Source: Camelus ferus (lineage: Eukaryota). From it: a stretch of 64,000 nt of DNA. A program made the translations under genes and the position numbers. The notes beneath the pieces are model-generated. The model was not told the origin of the DNA. It saw nothing but the letters and a program-made list of their open reading frames with translations, and did not search any database. Where the stretch lies: NCBI RefSeq assembly GCF_009834535.1, contig NC_045696.1, positions 56,050,001 through 56,114,000 of the forward strand. Direction: 5' to 3'. Of this stretch, positions 14,142 to 28,215 are shown piece by piece (the stretch's first letter is position 1; each line of letters begins with the position of its first letter).

Positions 14142-15850
14142 TTTTATGTTCAAAGAGATGAAAGTCAACACTGAAATTTTTCATAGAACTAGAAATGATA
14201 AAAAGTAATATAGCAGATCTGAAGAAAATAGAAATTCTAGAATTTATAAACACAGTAGTCAGTATGAGAAACTCAGTGCATGGATTTAAGAGCAGAATAT
14301 ACACAGCTGACGAGAACACTAATGCCTTAGAAGAGCAGAAGAATTTGTCTCAAATCAAGGAGACCAAGAGTTGGAAACTACAGAAGAGAAGGAAGGACAG
14401 ATGAGTCCTTAGGAAGGGACAAGAGGATGTGAGCATGGACTATTGATTCAACAAATATGACTTCTAAGGGAAAAAATTTGTTGGGAAATCATAGAAAATG
14501 TGAACTTTCTAAAACCGATGAAAGGGGTCAACATTTAAGAAGGCTTCTTAACCCCAAGCAGAAAAAATTAAAAGAAACCTATACCTAGACACATTTTAAT
14601 ATGAATGTAAGTCAGAAAGGGCATAAATGGATTAAATTGCCCTAAAGCACTGGCATCGTCTAGGAGGAAGATGCAAGTATCATTTAACATTATGATTGAT
14701 GACTCAAACATTCTGTATCCTCTCAGGTAACTCCTAAAGGATAGTAAAAAAGATGTATGACATGGGAAGTAAGAGAAGAAAATGGAATAAATAAAAAACA
14801 CTCAAAAAGAGGACAGAAAAAGGAAACAGATCCAATAGAAAACACTGAATAAAATGGTAGGTGTTTATCACTGATTCATTAATTACATTAAATGTAAGGA
14901 GACTCAATGCTCAAAGTCAAGTCAGAACCTGTCAGACTGAATAAAAAGTAATTCAACTGTGTGCCGTTTTGTAAGAGACATATATAAAATCTAATGGTTA
15001 CAAGTTAAATGAGAGTAAAAGATACCATCAGAACACCATCTACGGGAAAGCTGCTGTAACTATATTACTATAAACAAAGAAGACTCTTAGCCAGAAAGCA
15101 CTGCTAGAGAAAAAGAGGGACATTTCATAAAGATAAAGGTTTCATTCATTGGGAAGGTATAATGAGTCACAATTTGAATATACCTAATAACATGGCTTCA
15201 ACCTGTAGGAAACAAAGTTTAATAGCAAGGAGAAGTAGAAAAAGCCATAATGACGCTAGGAAATTTTAATCTCTATCAGGAATTGATATAGCAAGTAGAG
15301 GAAAAAAACAATAAACAAATGGAAGATTTGAGATACATAGTTAAGGAACTTGACCTATTGGACATTTATAGACTGTTACACCCAGCAACTCCAGAATGCA
15401 TATTACCTTCAAGCACACACAAAACATTTGCAAAAACTGACTATACTGTGTCATAAAGCAAGTGTCAACCATTTCAAAGAAGCAAAGTCATGGCAAAGTG
15501 ATAACAATGCAGTGAAACTTAGAAATCAATGACAAGATAATTCCAATATGTTTGGAAATTAAGAAATACAAGTATAAATACTCTGTTCATCAGAGAAAGT
15601 ATCAGAATAGAAACTAGGAAATATTTTGAACTGAAAAATGACAAAAATGCTACTTATATATCCAACTTGTGGAATGCAGCTGATGTGGTGCTTAGATGGA
15701 CAGTTGTAGGCTTAAGAGCATTTATTAAAAGAGGAAAGGTAAAAAATAAGACTAAGAATCCTTTTCCAGAAATTAGAAAAATAATGTCAAATTAGTTGCA
15801 AAAAAAGTAAAAGGAAATAAAAGTAACCGAAATTAATAAAACAGAAAATA
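14142..15850 (+). mobile_element. Ancient LINE-1 (L1M-type) ORF1/endonuclease remnant
   Basis: A-rich degenerate L1-like sequence (attacattaaatgtaagagg, aacttgtggaatgcagc, gggacatttcataaagataaagg). Confidence 0.65.
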
Positions 15851-16189
15851 GACATGTCTTTTGATTCTAGGTAGGATATAGTGGGTAGCTGCAAGACTAC
15901 AGAAAATAATGGATAGACTGTGTAAATGTCATTTTTCAAAGACAGTGAAGAGATGTGGAAAGGCAGGGGACTAGATGAGCTAAAATGGTAGAGAGGAAAG
16001 AGTCCCTCCTAAGTGATCTGAGATCACTGGCCATTTTCTTCCCCTGGGCCACTGGGCACACACGGGCCTAAGACTTTCCTAGGGGAAACAGAAACCAGAA
16101 AGGCTTTTAAAAGTCTGAGTGGGCTAGCATGATGGATTGCAACCTGGAAGAGCCCCAAAGGCCAAATTTACCCAGAGTGTCAGCTTTAG

Positions 16190-17700
16190 GTTTTCAGTAG
16201 ATAAACCCTTTATTAGTGGAAAACTGTTTGAATCTATCATGTGTCATTTAACCAGCTGTGTCAGTGTTATCTTCACTCAGTCTCATAGATTTAACCATCA
16301 TTAATTCATCATTCCCTGAATTCTTTTGTCAGAAGTAGCGGAACATCCTGCCTTGCCCTACCACACTGATGTCCAGTGACTCAGCAATGGTCATATTTTA
16401 GTGCGATTTTTTTTAGTTCAGAACAAGGGTGAGATTTTTTCTAAGAAAACTACCCTTAACCACTATTATGGAATACTGAATGACTTTGGAAATTAGCTTT
16501 TGCTGGAGACTTGGTAATATTCTGCAATGAAAACAACCTGAAATTACAAGGCAAAACAGAGCTTATATGCAGAATGTACACTGTGGTAAAGTCACTTCTG
16601 TGGCAACTAACACTGAATCACAAATAACGGTAAGCTGCTTTATGTGCTTCCTGTGCTGCCAAAGCTAGAAAAGCAGGGTCTCCATTCGCAGCCATATTTG
16701 CAGTGAATGTATTTTCTGAGCTTAAACTACACTTCCAGGAGCATTTTTTGGACCTTGAAATAAGTGCATAGGAGATTCCCATATTTCACAATTGTTTCCC
16801 TGTGCGATGGCGGCATGTCCACACAACCTTTAATTGGAACGGATTCGTCTGTGTTGTAATGACACGCTAACAGGCAAATAACAAGAGAAGAATCCAATGG
16901 AATTCTATAAATGCCTTCCAAGTGATAAATATGCACAATTAAAAACATGCTTATGGACTGAGATCAGTATTGGCAGCACGTGTCTGTGATTTTTTTTTAA
17001 TTGAGGTATAGTTGATTTACAATATTGTATTAGTTTCAAGTACACAGCAAAGTAATTCAGACATATATATATGTGTATATATACACATATATATATGTTC
17101 TTTTTTATTCTTTTCCATTATAGGCTACTACAAGATACTGAATATAGTTCCCTGTGCTATACAGTAGGTCCGTGTTGATTATCTATCTTATTGATGGTAG
17201 TGTGTGTCTGTTAATCCCAACCTCCTATTTTATCCCTTCCTGCCTTCCTTTTTAGTAACCATAAGTTTGTTTTCTATGTCGGTGAGTCTGTTCCCGTTTT
17301 GTAAATAAGTTCACTTTCACTATTTTTTAGATTCCACATACTACGTAAGTGATAAATAATATTTGTCTCGAAGACATTTTCAAAACTGAGATGAGGGAGT
17401 CTCATTACACATCACCATTAATAAACATTTGTGATCAATTTTAATTATTTGAGCCCCAATTAAGCAAAATGTTATTTCCTAAATAAGAGATCCATTCTTC
17501 TCTTTAGTAGATCTATATTATGAAAAAAAAACTATCAGTTATTATTACTATCTTTTGAATTTTATCAATAAAAATTGTGAAAATTTGTTTTCTTTCTTGT
17601 TATTTGAGTACCTACATATTATCTTCAATTTTGTCTTTTGGCCCAAAAGGCCTAAAATCTTTACTATGAGGCCCTTTGCAGAAAAAGTTTGTTAATTCCT
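16190..17700 (+). mobile_element. hAT-Charlie DNA transposon remnant interrupted by an L1 3' fragment (about 16990-17370, minus)
   Basis: Terminal motif ggcccaaaaggcctaaaatctttactatgaggccctttgcagaaaaagtttg; degenerate transposase-like interior; inserted tttaattgaggtatagttgatttacaat L1 tail. Confidence 0.55.
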
Positions 17701-20112
17701 ACTCTACAGCAGATAAAAAGAGTGAAGGAGAACTAAATAGAGAAGCATGGATGAATCTCACAAATATAATAAGGATTGAAAGAAGCCAAGTCCAAAAATA
17801 AATCTGTAGTATAAGTCTATTTACATAAAGTTCAAAACCCAGCCCTAAACTATAGTGTTGAGGAATGCACACTTAGGCGGTAAAGATACAAAGAAAAGCA
17901 AGGAAGTGATTATTATTAAAAAAAAAAAAAAAGTAAAAATCAGAATAGTGATACTTTTAGAGGGTAGGGAGGGGGTCTTTACTGCAACAGAGTTAAGTGG
18001 GGACTTACGGTATTTCTTAACCTGGGTGGTATTTACACAGGTGAGTGCTTCACATTAATTCATTAAGCTGCACACTGATTTTCTCCACTTTTCTACATGT
18101 GTCATATTCTATAGTTAAAAGTTAGAAATATCTATGCATATATACAAATATGTATGTACATGCATTAGGCCTGCAGCATACACAGACTATTCCTGGGAAG
18201 ATCAAAAAGAACTTGGTAAGTAGTTGGTGCTGGGCATGGAAACTGAGGACTGGCAGTCAGACTGAGGGGAAAGAGAGTTAGTTTCCTCATGTTTATATCA
18301 TTTTGTGGTTTGAATTTTTTTGACAATGTATGCATATTAGGTTTTCAGCTATAACCAAGTTAATGTAAATGTAAAGCTTTTTTTTTTTTTTTAAGTGCTA
18401 GAATTTGGAAACTGAGACCCTGTGAGTTAGGAAACATTCGGATCATGGAACCCGTAAGTGGCAGAGCTCAGATATGTCTGGGGCTGCCTGACTTCAAAAC
18501 CAGGGTTCTGTGTAATTGTATCATAGTAATTTTAGGAACATATTGATCTGATAATGACTGTTTCTGAAAGATGACATAATCATAAACATGTGTTGTTTTT
18601 TTAGAGATGATGATCTTTTTAAAAAAAGGGCTGTCCGACTCATCAGAAAGCATTCCAGTAGTCTGTGCTTCTCCCAAGATGTGCTGCTCTTATGGGCTTG
18701 TCGGTGTATGATTCATGAGGAAAGAGATTTGTTTTCCTTAAATTCTCAATAACTTACAGTGGTTTTCAGTAATAATAATCAAATGAGGAGCTTTATTCTC
18801 TTTGGTGTTTCCTAGATGCTCTACTTCAAGAGAAAGTTTTCTCATGTCTCGTTTCAGCATTTTGTTGACTATGGAGATATGTCAGCTTGTTGAATCAAAT
18901 AAAAATATTGCTGAATATTCCGTAAATGGTTTTGGTTTGCTATGCATGGTGCAGTGGCATCATCTGTTAAGGTTGAACATATACATCCCCATGACCCAGC
19001 ATTTCATCTCCCAGTGTTTCACTCTTCCACCAAGAGGCATGACAGGAATGCTCTAGCCGTACTAGTCATGCTGCCCCTGAACTGGAAACCCAAATGTCCA
19101 TCACACAGGAAAAGGAAAAAAGCCTGGTATATTCATACAGTGGCACATCAAGTCACCACTGAGCTTAAGATCTGAGAAGTATATTCATGCAACACTCAGG
19201 GAGAGGGTGCTGCCGGAGAGCCATCTGCCCATCCTGTGTGCTGACAAGCATCAGGGTTGAACAGATCCCTCCTCATCGAAAGATAAGTAAATAGGAAAAA
19301 CAATAAATAAGCAAAACCAACAACAACAAATCAACATGGGACCCACGTAAAGAACTTACAAAACACAATGGAGGTTACCCTGAAAACAGAATAAAAGCCT
19401 AGCTTAGAAAATATCTTACTTTAGGAAATGATAAAAGGTTCAGAAACTATCTGCTTGGTGTTTGGTGTTCTTCATAGGAAGCAAAAAGAAATGGCCTCTT
19501 AGGAAACTGAAGCAGGGCATAGTGAGAACAGACAGAGGCCAAAAACCAGACAGACGTGTGCTGAAAAGAAAAGCTGACTGAGATTTTTAAAAAATATAAT
19601 GACATCCATTTGGATGCAGTTAAAAGAACAGAAACATCATAGCAGAGGGTATAATTGGTGTGTTGCTGATAAATCTGTTAAGTCATCCAGTATGGGATGG
19701 GAAGAAAAGGCCAAAGAGATGAAAATGACAGGAAGTTAGCCCTGGGTGGCCGATCCTACAAGCAATAGGAATTCTTAAAGAAGAAACCAAAACAAATAGA
19801 AACAATAATCTGTTATAATAAAAGATTTTCTGAGCTCAAAGAATATCTGATCATATAAACTTGAAAGGGTTTACCTTACTCTAGGAAAACGAGGATTGGG
19901 ACAATTTTTTTTTCCTTGAGGATCACTGATAAACAGAAAAGTACGGCACAAGTAAAGGGCAATTGAATTTTATTTTGTTCCTTTAAAAATGCTGACCTGA
20001 ACTAGGTTAAGGTTATATTATTCACTTGTGAAATGAAAAATCAGGTACACAAAATGAGAAGACCTGAATTCGGGTTGATGAGATAGCAGGTGGGAGGAAG
20101 AATGCTATACAG

Positions 20113-20323
20113 CAGGGAACAGAACTTTTTCTGTAAAGAGCCAAGTAGTAATAATTTTGGACTCTGTAGGGAAGATGGTCTCTGTTGCAGCTACTCAACT
20201 CTGCCAGTTTAAGGTAAACGCAGCAATGGATAACACATGAATGAATGAACCTGGCTGTGTTCCCAATAAAACTTTATTTACAAAAACTGGTAGCAGGACA
20301 GATTTGGCCCATGGGCCATAGTT
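20113..20323 (+). mobile_element. MER58-type hAT MITE
   Basis: tttttctgtaaagagcca...ctactcaactctgcc...ggctgtgttcccaataaaactttatttacaaaaac...tttggcccatgggccatagtt. Confidence 0.8.
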
Positions 20324-21309
20324 ATTTATGTGTATATATATAGATATAGATATATAGATATATTGATATATTTATACACATACATATATGGCACCCCTAT
20401 TGTATAGCAATAAACTCACATTAAAATCAATACCTACTTTGAAAAGGGATTTAAAGCAGCTTCTAATAAAGAATATACAATGAAACTTACAATAGAATAT
20501 TTTCTAAATTAATCTTTATCCCAGTGTCTTCTAAAACTAAGTTTTGTGTTTAGACAAAAAGGAAAGTATAAGGTATTACAAAGTTCTCATTAGGTAATTG
20601 AAGTTTTCCAAGAAAGGAAAACTTCTTCCTGATACTGGCAGCCCTCCACTTATAATGGCTTAAGTTAAAACACCCTGACTTTAATAACTTATGCTCTTGG
20701 AAATAAAACACCCTGAGTGATGAGCAAAACTCATATTTAAAGCCACGTGATCATGGTAGCTGACACCATATAGTGGGTTGGAGCTACATTATTACAGTCA
20801 AGAGCAATAAACAATCACAACAAACTGATTTCTGAGGTAGGAAACTTTTTGCATGGATGCATAATTAGATTTAGTGAAGCCTTGTGCTGCTTAACAAGGG
20901 CATTGCCTCTTTTCTTTTCAAAATGCTTAAGGATAGGCAAGGTAAAATCCAAGGAAGAAGTCTGTAGTGTGAGTAAAGGATCTCTTTGGGATGAGAAACT
21001 TTTGGCACAAAATTGCTGAAGATTCCAAATTCCTGAAGCACAGAGCCCCCAGACAAATTAAAGTCTCAGTAATTGTGAGGTCAGGGGGCGCTCGCACTAC
21101 TAACTCTCGTCCCCTCAATTCCAGGTCATGGTACCCACTTGGGAGTAGAGTTCATCTACTAGGACTTGGAGTACTTTCATGCAAGTGGCATGGAGACTCA
21201 CAGACCCAGTTCCTAGTGAAATAGAGGTTACCAGTGAGCACATGAGTGACAGAATAGCCTCCAAGACTCTTTACCACTCATGGAACAAAAACCAACCTAG
21301 CACCGTGGC

Positions 21310-21550
21310 GGTGGAGTAGCATGGAGGTTAAGAGAGGAGGCTCTAGAGCCAGATGGTATGGATTGAAATCCCAGTCCAGTGACAGTGTGTCCTCAGACAA
21401 GTTACTTAACCTCACTAAGCCTGAGCTTCCCTATGTTTAAAATGGTATAACCACAGAATGTACATCATGGGGTTGGTATGAAGATGTAATGAATTACTTT
21501 ATGTAAAAAGGTCCTGGCATATGGTAAGCACCCAATAAACGCCAATTAGC
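21310..21550 (+). mobile_element. MIR SINE
   Basis: ggctctagagccaga...caagttacttaacctcactaagcctgagcttccc...cctggcatatggtaagcac. Confidence 0.7.
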
Positions 21551-23329
21551 TATTTTTACTATGGGATAGAAGCAAAAAGGATATGGGTGAAGTATGTTTC
21601 CTGCTCTTAAGGCAAAGTGAGTATACCTACTGCTACATGGAAAGTGGCCCAGTGTATTTCAGTCTCTAAGCAATCAGATGAATTTCTCCATCTCACCTGG
21701 GGAAGAGAATACGGATGCGCTGTCACAAGTGGGCAGGGAGAGGAATGAGTGCCCTGTGTTCTGTAGAGTCTTGAAGTGTTGACAGTAAGGGCTCCTTGGC
21801 TACCAGACATCAGAGACATTAGAAGGAAGCTGTAAGCATCGTGAAGAATTTCCTGGACAACTTAACTAAAACCACTGAAAAAGGACCTTTTATTATAGGT
21901 GTCAAATGTTAAGAAAACTGGAAGCAGGGACTACAGTGGTTCTCAACCATGGCTGCATGTTAAAATTATCTGAAAACTTTTAAAAACTTGTTCTTAGACC
22001 TCTTTCCAGACAAATTAAAATAGAGTTTTTGAAGAGGAGCCAGACAAAGTTATTTTTAAAAAGCTTCCCAAGTGATCTAATGTGCATTCAAGGTTTAGTT
22101 ATAGAACCATTTCCCAAGGAAACTGGCCCTTCCCAAGCATTAACCATTCAGAAAGATTTGCCATGGAAGACGTGTCTTCAGTAGAGGTTATAATGATATT
22201 TTATTTCTAACCCCTCAAGTGTTCCAGAGGCAAAAACTGTGGGAGGAAATACTGACACTGGGCACAATCATAACACTCATGCTTCCTCGGCCATAGCACA
22301 TATCACTTGATTCTAACTGCCTGTGTCATCATCTCACCAACTGGCCTCTCAGGTCTGAGAGGAGGGCAGGAGCTGTGCCTCCTGAATTTATTTGTTTATA
22401 TTCCTGGTGCCTGGTCTCTCTAGCACATGGTAATTTCTCAATAAGTGTTGAATTGAATTCCAGGTACCTGATGTTTGCAGAAGCAAACATTTATGTGGTT
22501 TTGGAAAACACTTATGATATCTTGATATTTTATGGTATAAGATGAGTTTTTAAGAACATAATTCTAACTTATAATACTAATTTCTAATAAATAAAGGTTT
22601 AAGATTTTATGATTCAAATGTTATCAAGGAACCAGGTAAATAATAAAGGGAAGAGGAGCCTTCTGTACTATATCCTGAAAGAAAATTATCCCATTTATCC
22701 TTGCACAAACAACATTCAACAACTTAAGAAACTTCCAACAGAGGATTTGGAGAAGATACAAAAATGTTCTCCTCACTGTTTATTTTGTTTTAAATAAAGT
22801 TTAAAGACATTGTATTAAAATGTAATTATAGTCAGTTTCTAATTATGACAGAAATAAGAGGTCAGCAATCCTCCTTACTAAAAAAAGTATATTACTGGGA
22901 AAAAAATTGTCAAAAACACCCATTTTAAGGCAATAGAAATCTACCCGAGATAGATAATAAATTGAAAACCTGCTGGAGATTCAGGTAAGAAGAGTAGACA
23001 TCTGCTATTGCCCATGGCCCCTACCTAGCTCAATCAGCAATAATGGTAGTCTTCTAACCCAGCAGCTTTGCTGTCAGACTGGGAAGACTGGCTTTAGAGT
23101 GGTCAGTTGGGGAGAAATCTTGTGACTTTACATGCCAAAATTAGTAAACTTGGTTAGAAGTGAACAGGGAAAAACTATAGCTTTGTTAGCCCAAAGACAC
23201 AGTCTTATTCATTGGGATGAACAGCAGACCAACCAGAAATTTAATGGGGGAGACCCTGGAAGGGTTAAGGCAAGCTCTTCACGCATCCCTTGATGACTGG
23301 GAATACCAAAAATTAACCTAGACTAGGGA

Positions 23330-26260
23330 AAGAGTGGAGAAACAGAAGACCACAATACAGATGGGAGAAACAAAACAGATAGCAAAATAGTACACCTAAA
23401 CTCAACTGTAACATGCATTAAATATGAGTGGATTAGGCACCCCAAATAAAAAGGCACAGATTGTCAAAATGGATTTTTTTAAATGCAAAACCCAAGTATG
23501 TGATATTTGTAAGATAACCTTTAAATATAAAAAGGGAAATAAAGTAAACAAATGGAAGAAGTGTACCAGAAAAATACTTAACATAAGGAAACCAGAGTGG
23601 CCCTATTATTATAGCTGGCAAAGAAAACTTCAAAGCAAGGAGTATTACCAGAGATAAAAAATGATGTTTTATAATGATAAAAGGATCAATTCATCAGGAA
23701 AACTGAACAATCTTAATTATTTATGCTTCTAATAAATGAGCTTCAAAATTTATGAAGCAAAGCTGTCATAAGCAAAGAAAGAGACAATTCTAAATCATAG
23801 TTGGAGATTTAACAACTTTCTCTCAATCCTCCATAGAACAATTAAACAAGGAATCAGTAAAATTTGCACGATTTGAACAACCCTATCCAACACCTTAACC
23901 TAATACCAATCAGAACACTACATCTAACCACTGAAGGCCATATACTTTCAAATGCACATAGGACATTTACCAAGATGGGCCATATCCTGAGCCATAAAAC
24001 AAGTCTCAAGAAACATCCAAAGATTGAAATCTTAAGGAATATATTCCTTGTTCACAAAAATAATTAAATTAGAAATCAGGAGCAAAAAACAAACAAAAAA
24101 GGTTAGGAAATCCCCCAAATAGTTGGAGGTTAAACAACACATTTCTAAATAATTTATGGTTCAAAGAAGAACTCACAATGGAAATAAGAAAAAACTTTGA
24201 CCTTAATAATTGAGAAAATACAACTCTGAATTTTATGGGATGCAGCTGAAGCAGTGCTTAGAAGTGTACAACTTTATATTCTCATGTTAGAAAAGTTTAA
24301 AATCAATTTAAGTTCCCACCTAGGGAAGACACACAAAGAAAAGCAAAGTATATCCAAAGTAAGTTGTAAGAGGGATATTTTACAGTAAGAGCAGAAATCA
24401 ATGAAGCAGAAAACTTACAATCAGTAAAGGTAATTAACAAAATCAAATTTAGTTTCTTTAAAAACCTTAATTAATAAACTCCCAGCAACACTGCCAAATA
24501 CCCCTATCAGCCCCTGTTGCTCCAGCACTGTTCCCTATGGGACTGAGGGTGCCAGTGCTGGAAGGGGGAAGAATACACACTTAGGAAACTGATTTTAAAA
24601 AGAGAAAATACAAATGATCAATGTCAAGAATGAGAGGAGGGGACTCAAATCAAGATGGTGGAGCAGTAGGATGCGGAACTCACTTCCCCCTACAAACATC
24701 AAAAATACATCTACGTATGGAAAAATTCTCACTGAAAACTAATTGGAGAGCAGCAAAAAGACTCTTGTACAACCAAAGCTGAAAGAAAGATCCACACAGA
24801 ATAAGGTAGGAAGGGAAGACAAGTGATCAGGATGTGTGTCCCTGGGAGGGGACTCAGGAAAAGGGAGATTACATCAGGGCAACCCTCCCAAAGGAGTGAT
24901 CAGATCAGGACCCAGCCCTGGGGTCTGACAAAGGAAAGAGGGACCTTGTTAGCTGATGAGAGGCTGGAGTTATAGTGCTGCCCAGGCAACCAGGAAATTG
25001 ACTCTCCGGAGCCAAGTTAGCTGGTAAAGGCTGAAAAACCAGAGAGCATTAGAGAAAGCACATCTCAGCAAAGCTGAGGGAGGATCTCAGTCAAAAAGCT
25101 GATACTGGGTGCTGGGCAGAATCCTGGATAATTCAATACTAAGTTTGAATTCAAACAGCTGTAGAGATCCAGTTATGATCCGAAATCAACAGGTGAATCT
25201 GGAATCATCCAGGAGACGCTGACTATCTGGATATAGAGGCTAAAATTGACCTGGCCAGCCTGGGGCTAAAGCTTGCCGAGAGTCAGTTACTAGTGTGCGA
25301 TAGCTTCACTCATCGGGGACATGGCGTCCTGTTACTTGCTACTTCATGTTTGCTTCTGTTTCTTCACTTGTTGGTAGTTTAACTTCTAAAATGTCCAGCA
25401 GAGTACATTTTACTGAAGTGACATCATGGGAGAAGTGCCAGCTGCCAAAGAGGAAAATCTATGAAATACTAACAATGATGCATTATTAGAGTCTCTCCAA
25501 CTCACATATTCTTAAGAAAAAGGAGTCTGTCTCCTTCCAGGCAGCTACCAGCTAGGCGTGTGGGTGTACACTAGCAGCAAACAATTAGGAGATGAAAACT
25601 TTAATCTATAATAACAATAGTATTAAAAACTCTAAATACTTAAGAATAAATTTAACAAAAGACATGCAAGACCTCTGTACTGAAACCAACAAAATACTGA
25701 AAAAATAAGTGACCTAAACAAATAGAGAGATATGCCACATTCACATATTGGAACACTCAACTTATTATGATGTTGATTCTCCCCAAATTGATATATAGAT
25801 TTAATGATAACAATCAAGCATTTCAGTAACTTTGATAAGCAGATTTTAAATTTTATATAGTAAAGCAAAGGGCTTAGATATAGCCCACAATTTTGAGCAA
25901 AGTTGAATGACCCATGCCACTTGATTTCAAGACTTGCTGTAAAGCTTCATTCAGAACAGTGTGGTATTGGCAGAAGGATAGATAAATAGATAAATGTTAC
26001 AGGCTAGGGGGTCCAGACAGGCCGAGACGTCTGAAGTTAAATGATTTTTTATTAATGTGCCAGAGGTGCGTAATGGACAAAGGATTGTCTTTTCAACAAA
26101 TTATGCTGGAACTACTGAATAAATGAAACGGAGGAAAATGAATCATAACATCTGCATCACACTAAACACAATTAGCTTGAGGTGGATCTCAGAATTAAGT
26201 AAAAAATTTTAACTATAAAGCTCCTAGAAGAAAACATAGGAGAATACCTTCATGGCTTAT
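23330..26260 (+). mobile_element. Old LINE-1 ORF2 fragments with a younger L1 5' UTR piece inserted (about 24640-24960)
   Basis: Endonuclease-like fragment HRTFTKMGHILSHKTSLKK; later ORF2 fragments 25570-26260; caagatggtggagcagtaggatgcggaactcac L1 5' start at about 24650. Confidence 0.7.
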
Positions 26261-26330
26261 CTGCACAGAAACCAAAAAGTACTAATCATAAACAAGAGAT
26301 AGATCCCTACAGCTCCTTCTAGGGAGACAC

Positions 26331-26907
26331 TGTTTACCAGCACAGCCAATGTGGACACAAAGCCCAACACAAAAAGGTCTTGGGACTTATGGGGAAAAAA
26401 ATGTTGCTTGCCCTGTCAGTAAACAATGAATGTGCCATCAAGCCATCAAGCCATCAAGCCATCAGCCATTGCAGCCATCAACGATGGTGTGCCGGGGGGG
26501 GGGGGGGGGGGGGGGGGGATTAAGGATGGAAAAAAACAGGAGACTGGCCCTAGATAGTTAAAATGCCTTTCAAAGGAATAATTTCAGTGAGCCCAGATTC
26601 TTGCATCTTCCCAGACATAGAAGGGCACTAAAATCATTTATTTCAAATGTCTGGTGTGTGTGTGTGTGTGTATGTGTGTGTGTGTGAGTGTGTGTGTGTG
26701 GTTAGCAGAAATCTCTTCATGTTCAACTACGTGCTTTTTTCCTCTCCAGCAAAACCTCCTATATATCCTGGCCCTTCCCTTATCCCTTTGGAAGTTTCCA
26801 CAGAGCTAACTGAGAGGCTGTTTCTGAGCTATAGTTCTCAGTAATGTCCTCGAATAAAACATAATTCTCAAATTTTAGGTTGTGCTTTTTTATTTTTTCA
26901 GGTGACA
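26331..26907 (+). mobile_element. Solo ERV-type LTR
   Basis: TG...CA ends, TATA-like cctatatatcc at about 26758, AATAAA at about 26853; contains a G25 run and a (TG)n tract. 5' boundary uncertain. Confidence 0.65.
26494..26518 (+). repeat. G25 homopolymer
   Basis: 25 consecutive G inside the LTR. Confidence 0.9.
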
Positions 26908-27054
26908 GGCTTTTGGAATAGGCTTTTTGTTGTTATTTTATCAATCTTGTCTCTCAAAAAGAAGGCCACACCTCCAGGCACCTGTGTCACCTCCTGTACA
27001 GGAGGCAGGAACTGAGACAGACACAAAGAAGTTAAGAAATGAGTCATCCACCAG

Positions 27055-28215
27055 CACTGGTGACATCAGCAAAATGGAAGGGCAGGTAGCTCCAAACTCC
27101 TGTCCCTTCACATAAACACTGAAGAACAAGCAGGAACTATCAGAACCAACTTTGCCAGAATGCTCAAAAAGAGTCGAAGGTTTACAGCAACCAAGAAAAT
27201 TCTGAATCAAGAAAACGACAACTTAAAAGTGGTAGGAGAGCTTTGTGGCATTTTCACCTTTCTTGTGACTTCCCCTCCCTGGCTCAGCAGCAGTCTTGAA
27301 ATCAGCTTAGCCTGTATTCCCAGTACAGGGCCCTGGACCCTGGTTCTGGAGGGAGCAGAGCAGTCCGTACGCACAAATTATTGTGTCTGTTTGTCCTAAC
27401 CTGTCTGGGGGCTCACTGAAGGACTGGTGCAAAGTGCTTTCTCTGTTTTGACTAACTTGGACTCCACACAGGGAAGAGGGTGCCTGTGACAAGCACTGCT
27501 CAAGAACCTAGTAAGGCAAACAAAAAAATCTGCAGCTTCCTGGGGGCAAAAGATTAAGGCTGAGACATACAATAGACTGCCTAAGGCCTAGGAGGAAAGG
27601 CCAGGGAGAGTGTCTTTGGGAAACTAGGAAAATTCAAAAGTGTCTGTGCATACTGGGAAACTGAGAAAGCAACAGGCATGCCTGGGACAGAACAAGGTGC
27701 AGAAAAGACGGTAGAAGACCCTCAGCTTCCACCGCTGGTGGCTCTCCAGGCTCAGTGCAAGCAGGAAGTGAGGGCTGAGAGTGTTTTAAATGGCTCCGTG
27801 TTAAAGGGAGTGCCCTCGGACAGAGCCAACCCTCAGAGATAGGAGAGGTGGTGGCTTTGTTTAGTTTTGTTTAGCCCCTGGAATTCAAGGAAATCTCTGT
27901 CAAACACTAGCTGAACACAAGCTAAGCCTTCAACGATTAAGAAAAGCAAACCCTGGAGGGGGGAAGAATCTGGCTCCCAGAGTTAACGTATTATAATATT
28001 TAAATGTCCAATTTTCAACAACAACAACAAAATCACAAAACATACAAAGAAGCAGGAAAGTATGATCCATTCAAAGGAGAAAATCATAAATTGACAAAAC
28101 TGTCCATGAGGAAGCTCAGATATTGAACTTACTAGACAAGAACTTTTTTAAAAACTGTTTTAAATATACTCAAAGAATAAAAGAAAACCAAGGACAAGAA
28201 CTAACAGAAACAAGC
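27055..28215 (+). mobile_element. Old LINE-1 5' region fragment
   Basis: caaaatggaagggcaggtagctccaaactcc... through aaatgtccaattttcaacaacaacaacaaaatcacaaaacatacaaagaagcaggaaagtatg. Confidence 0.6.
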
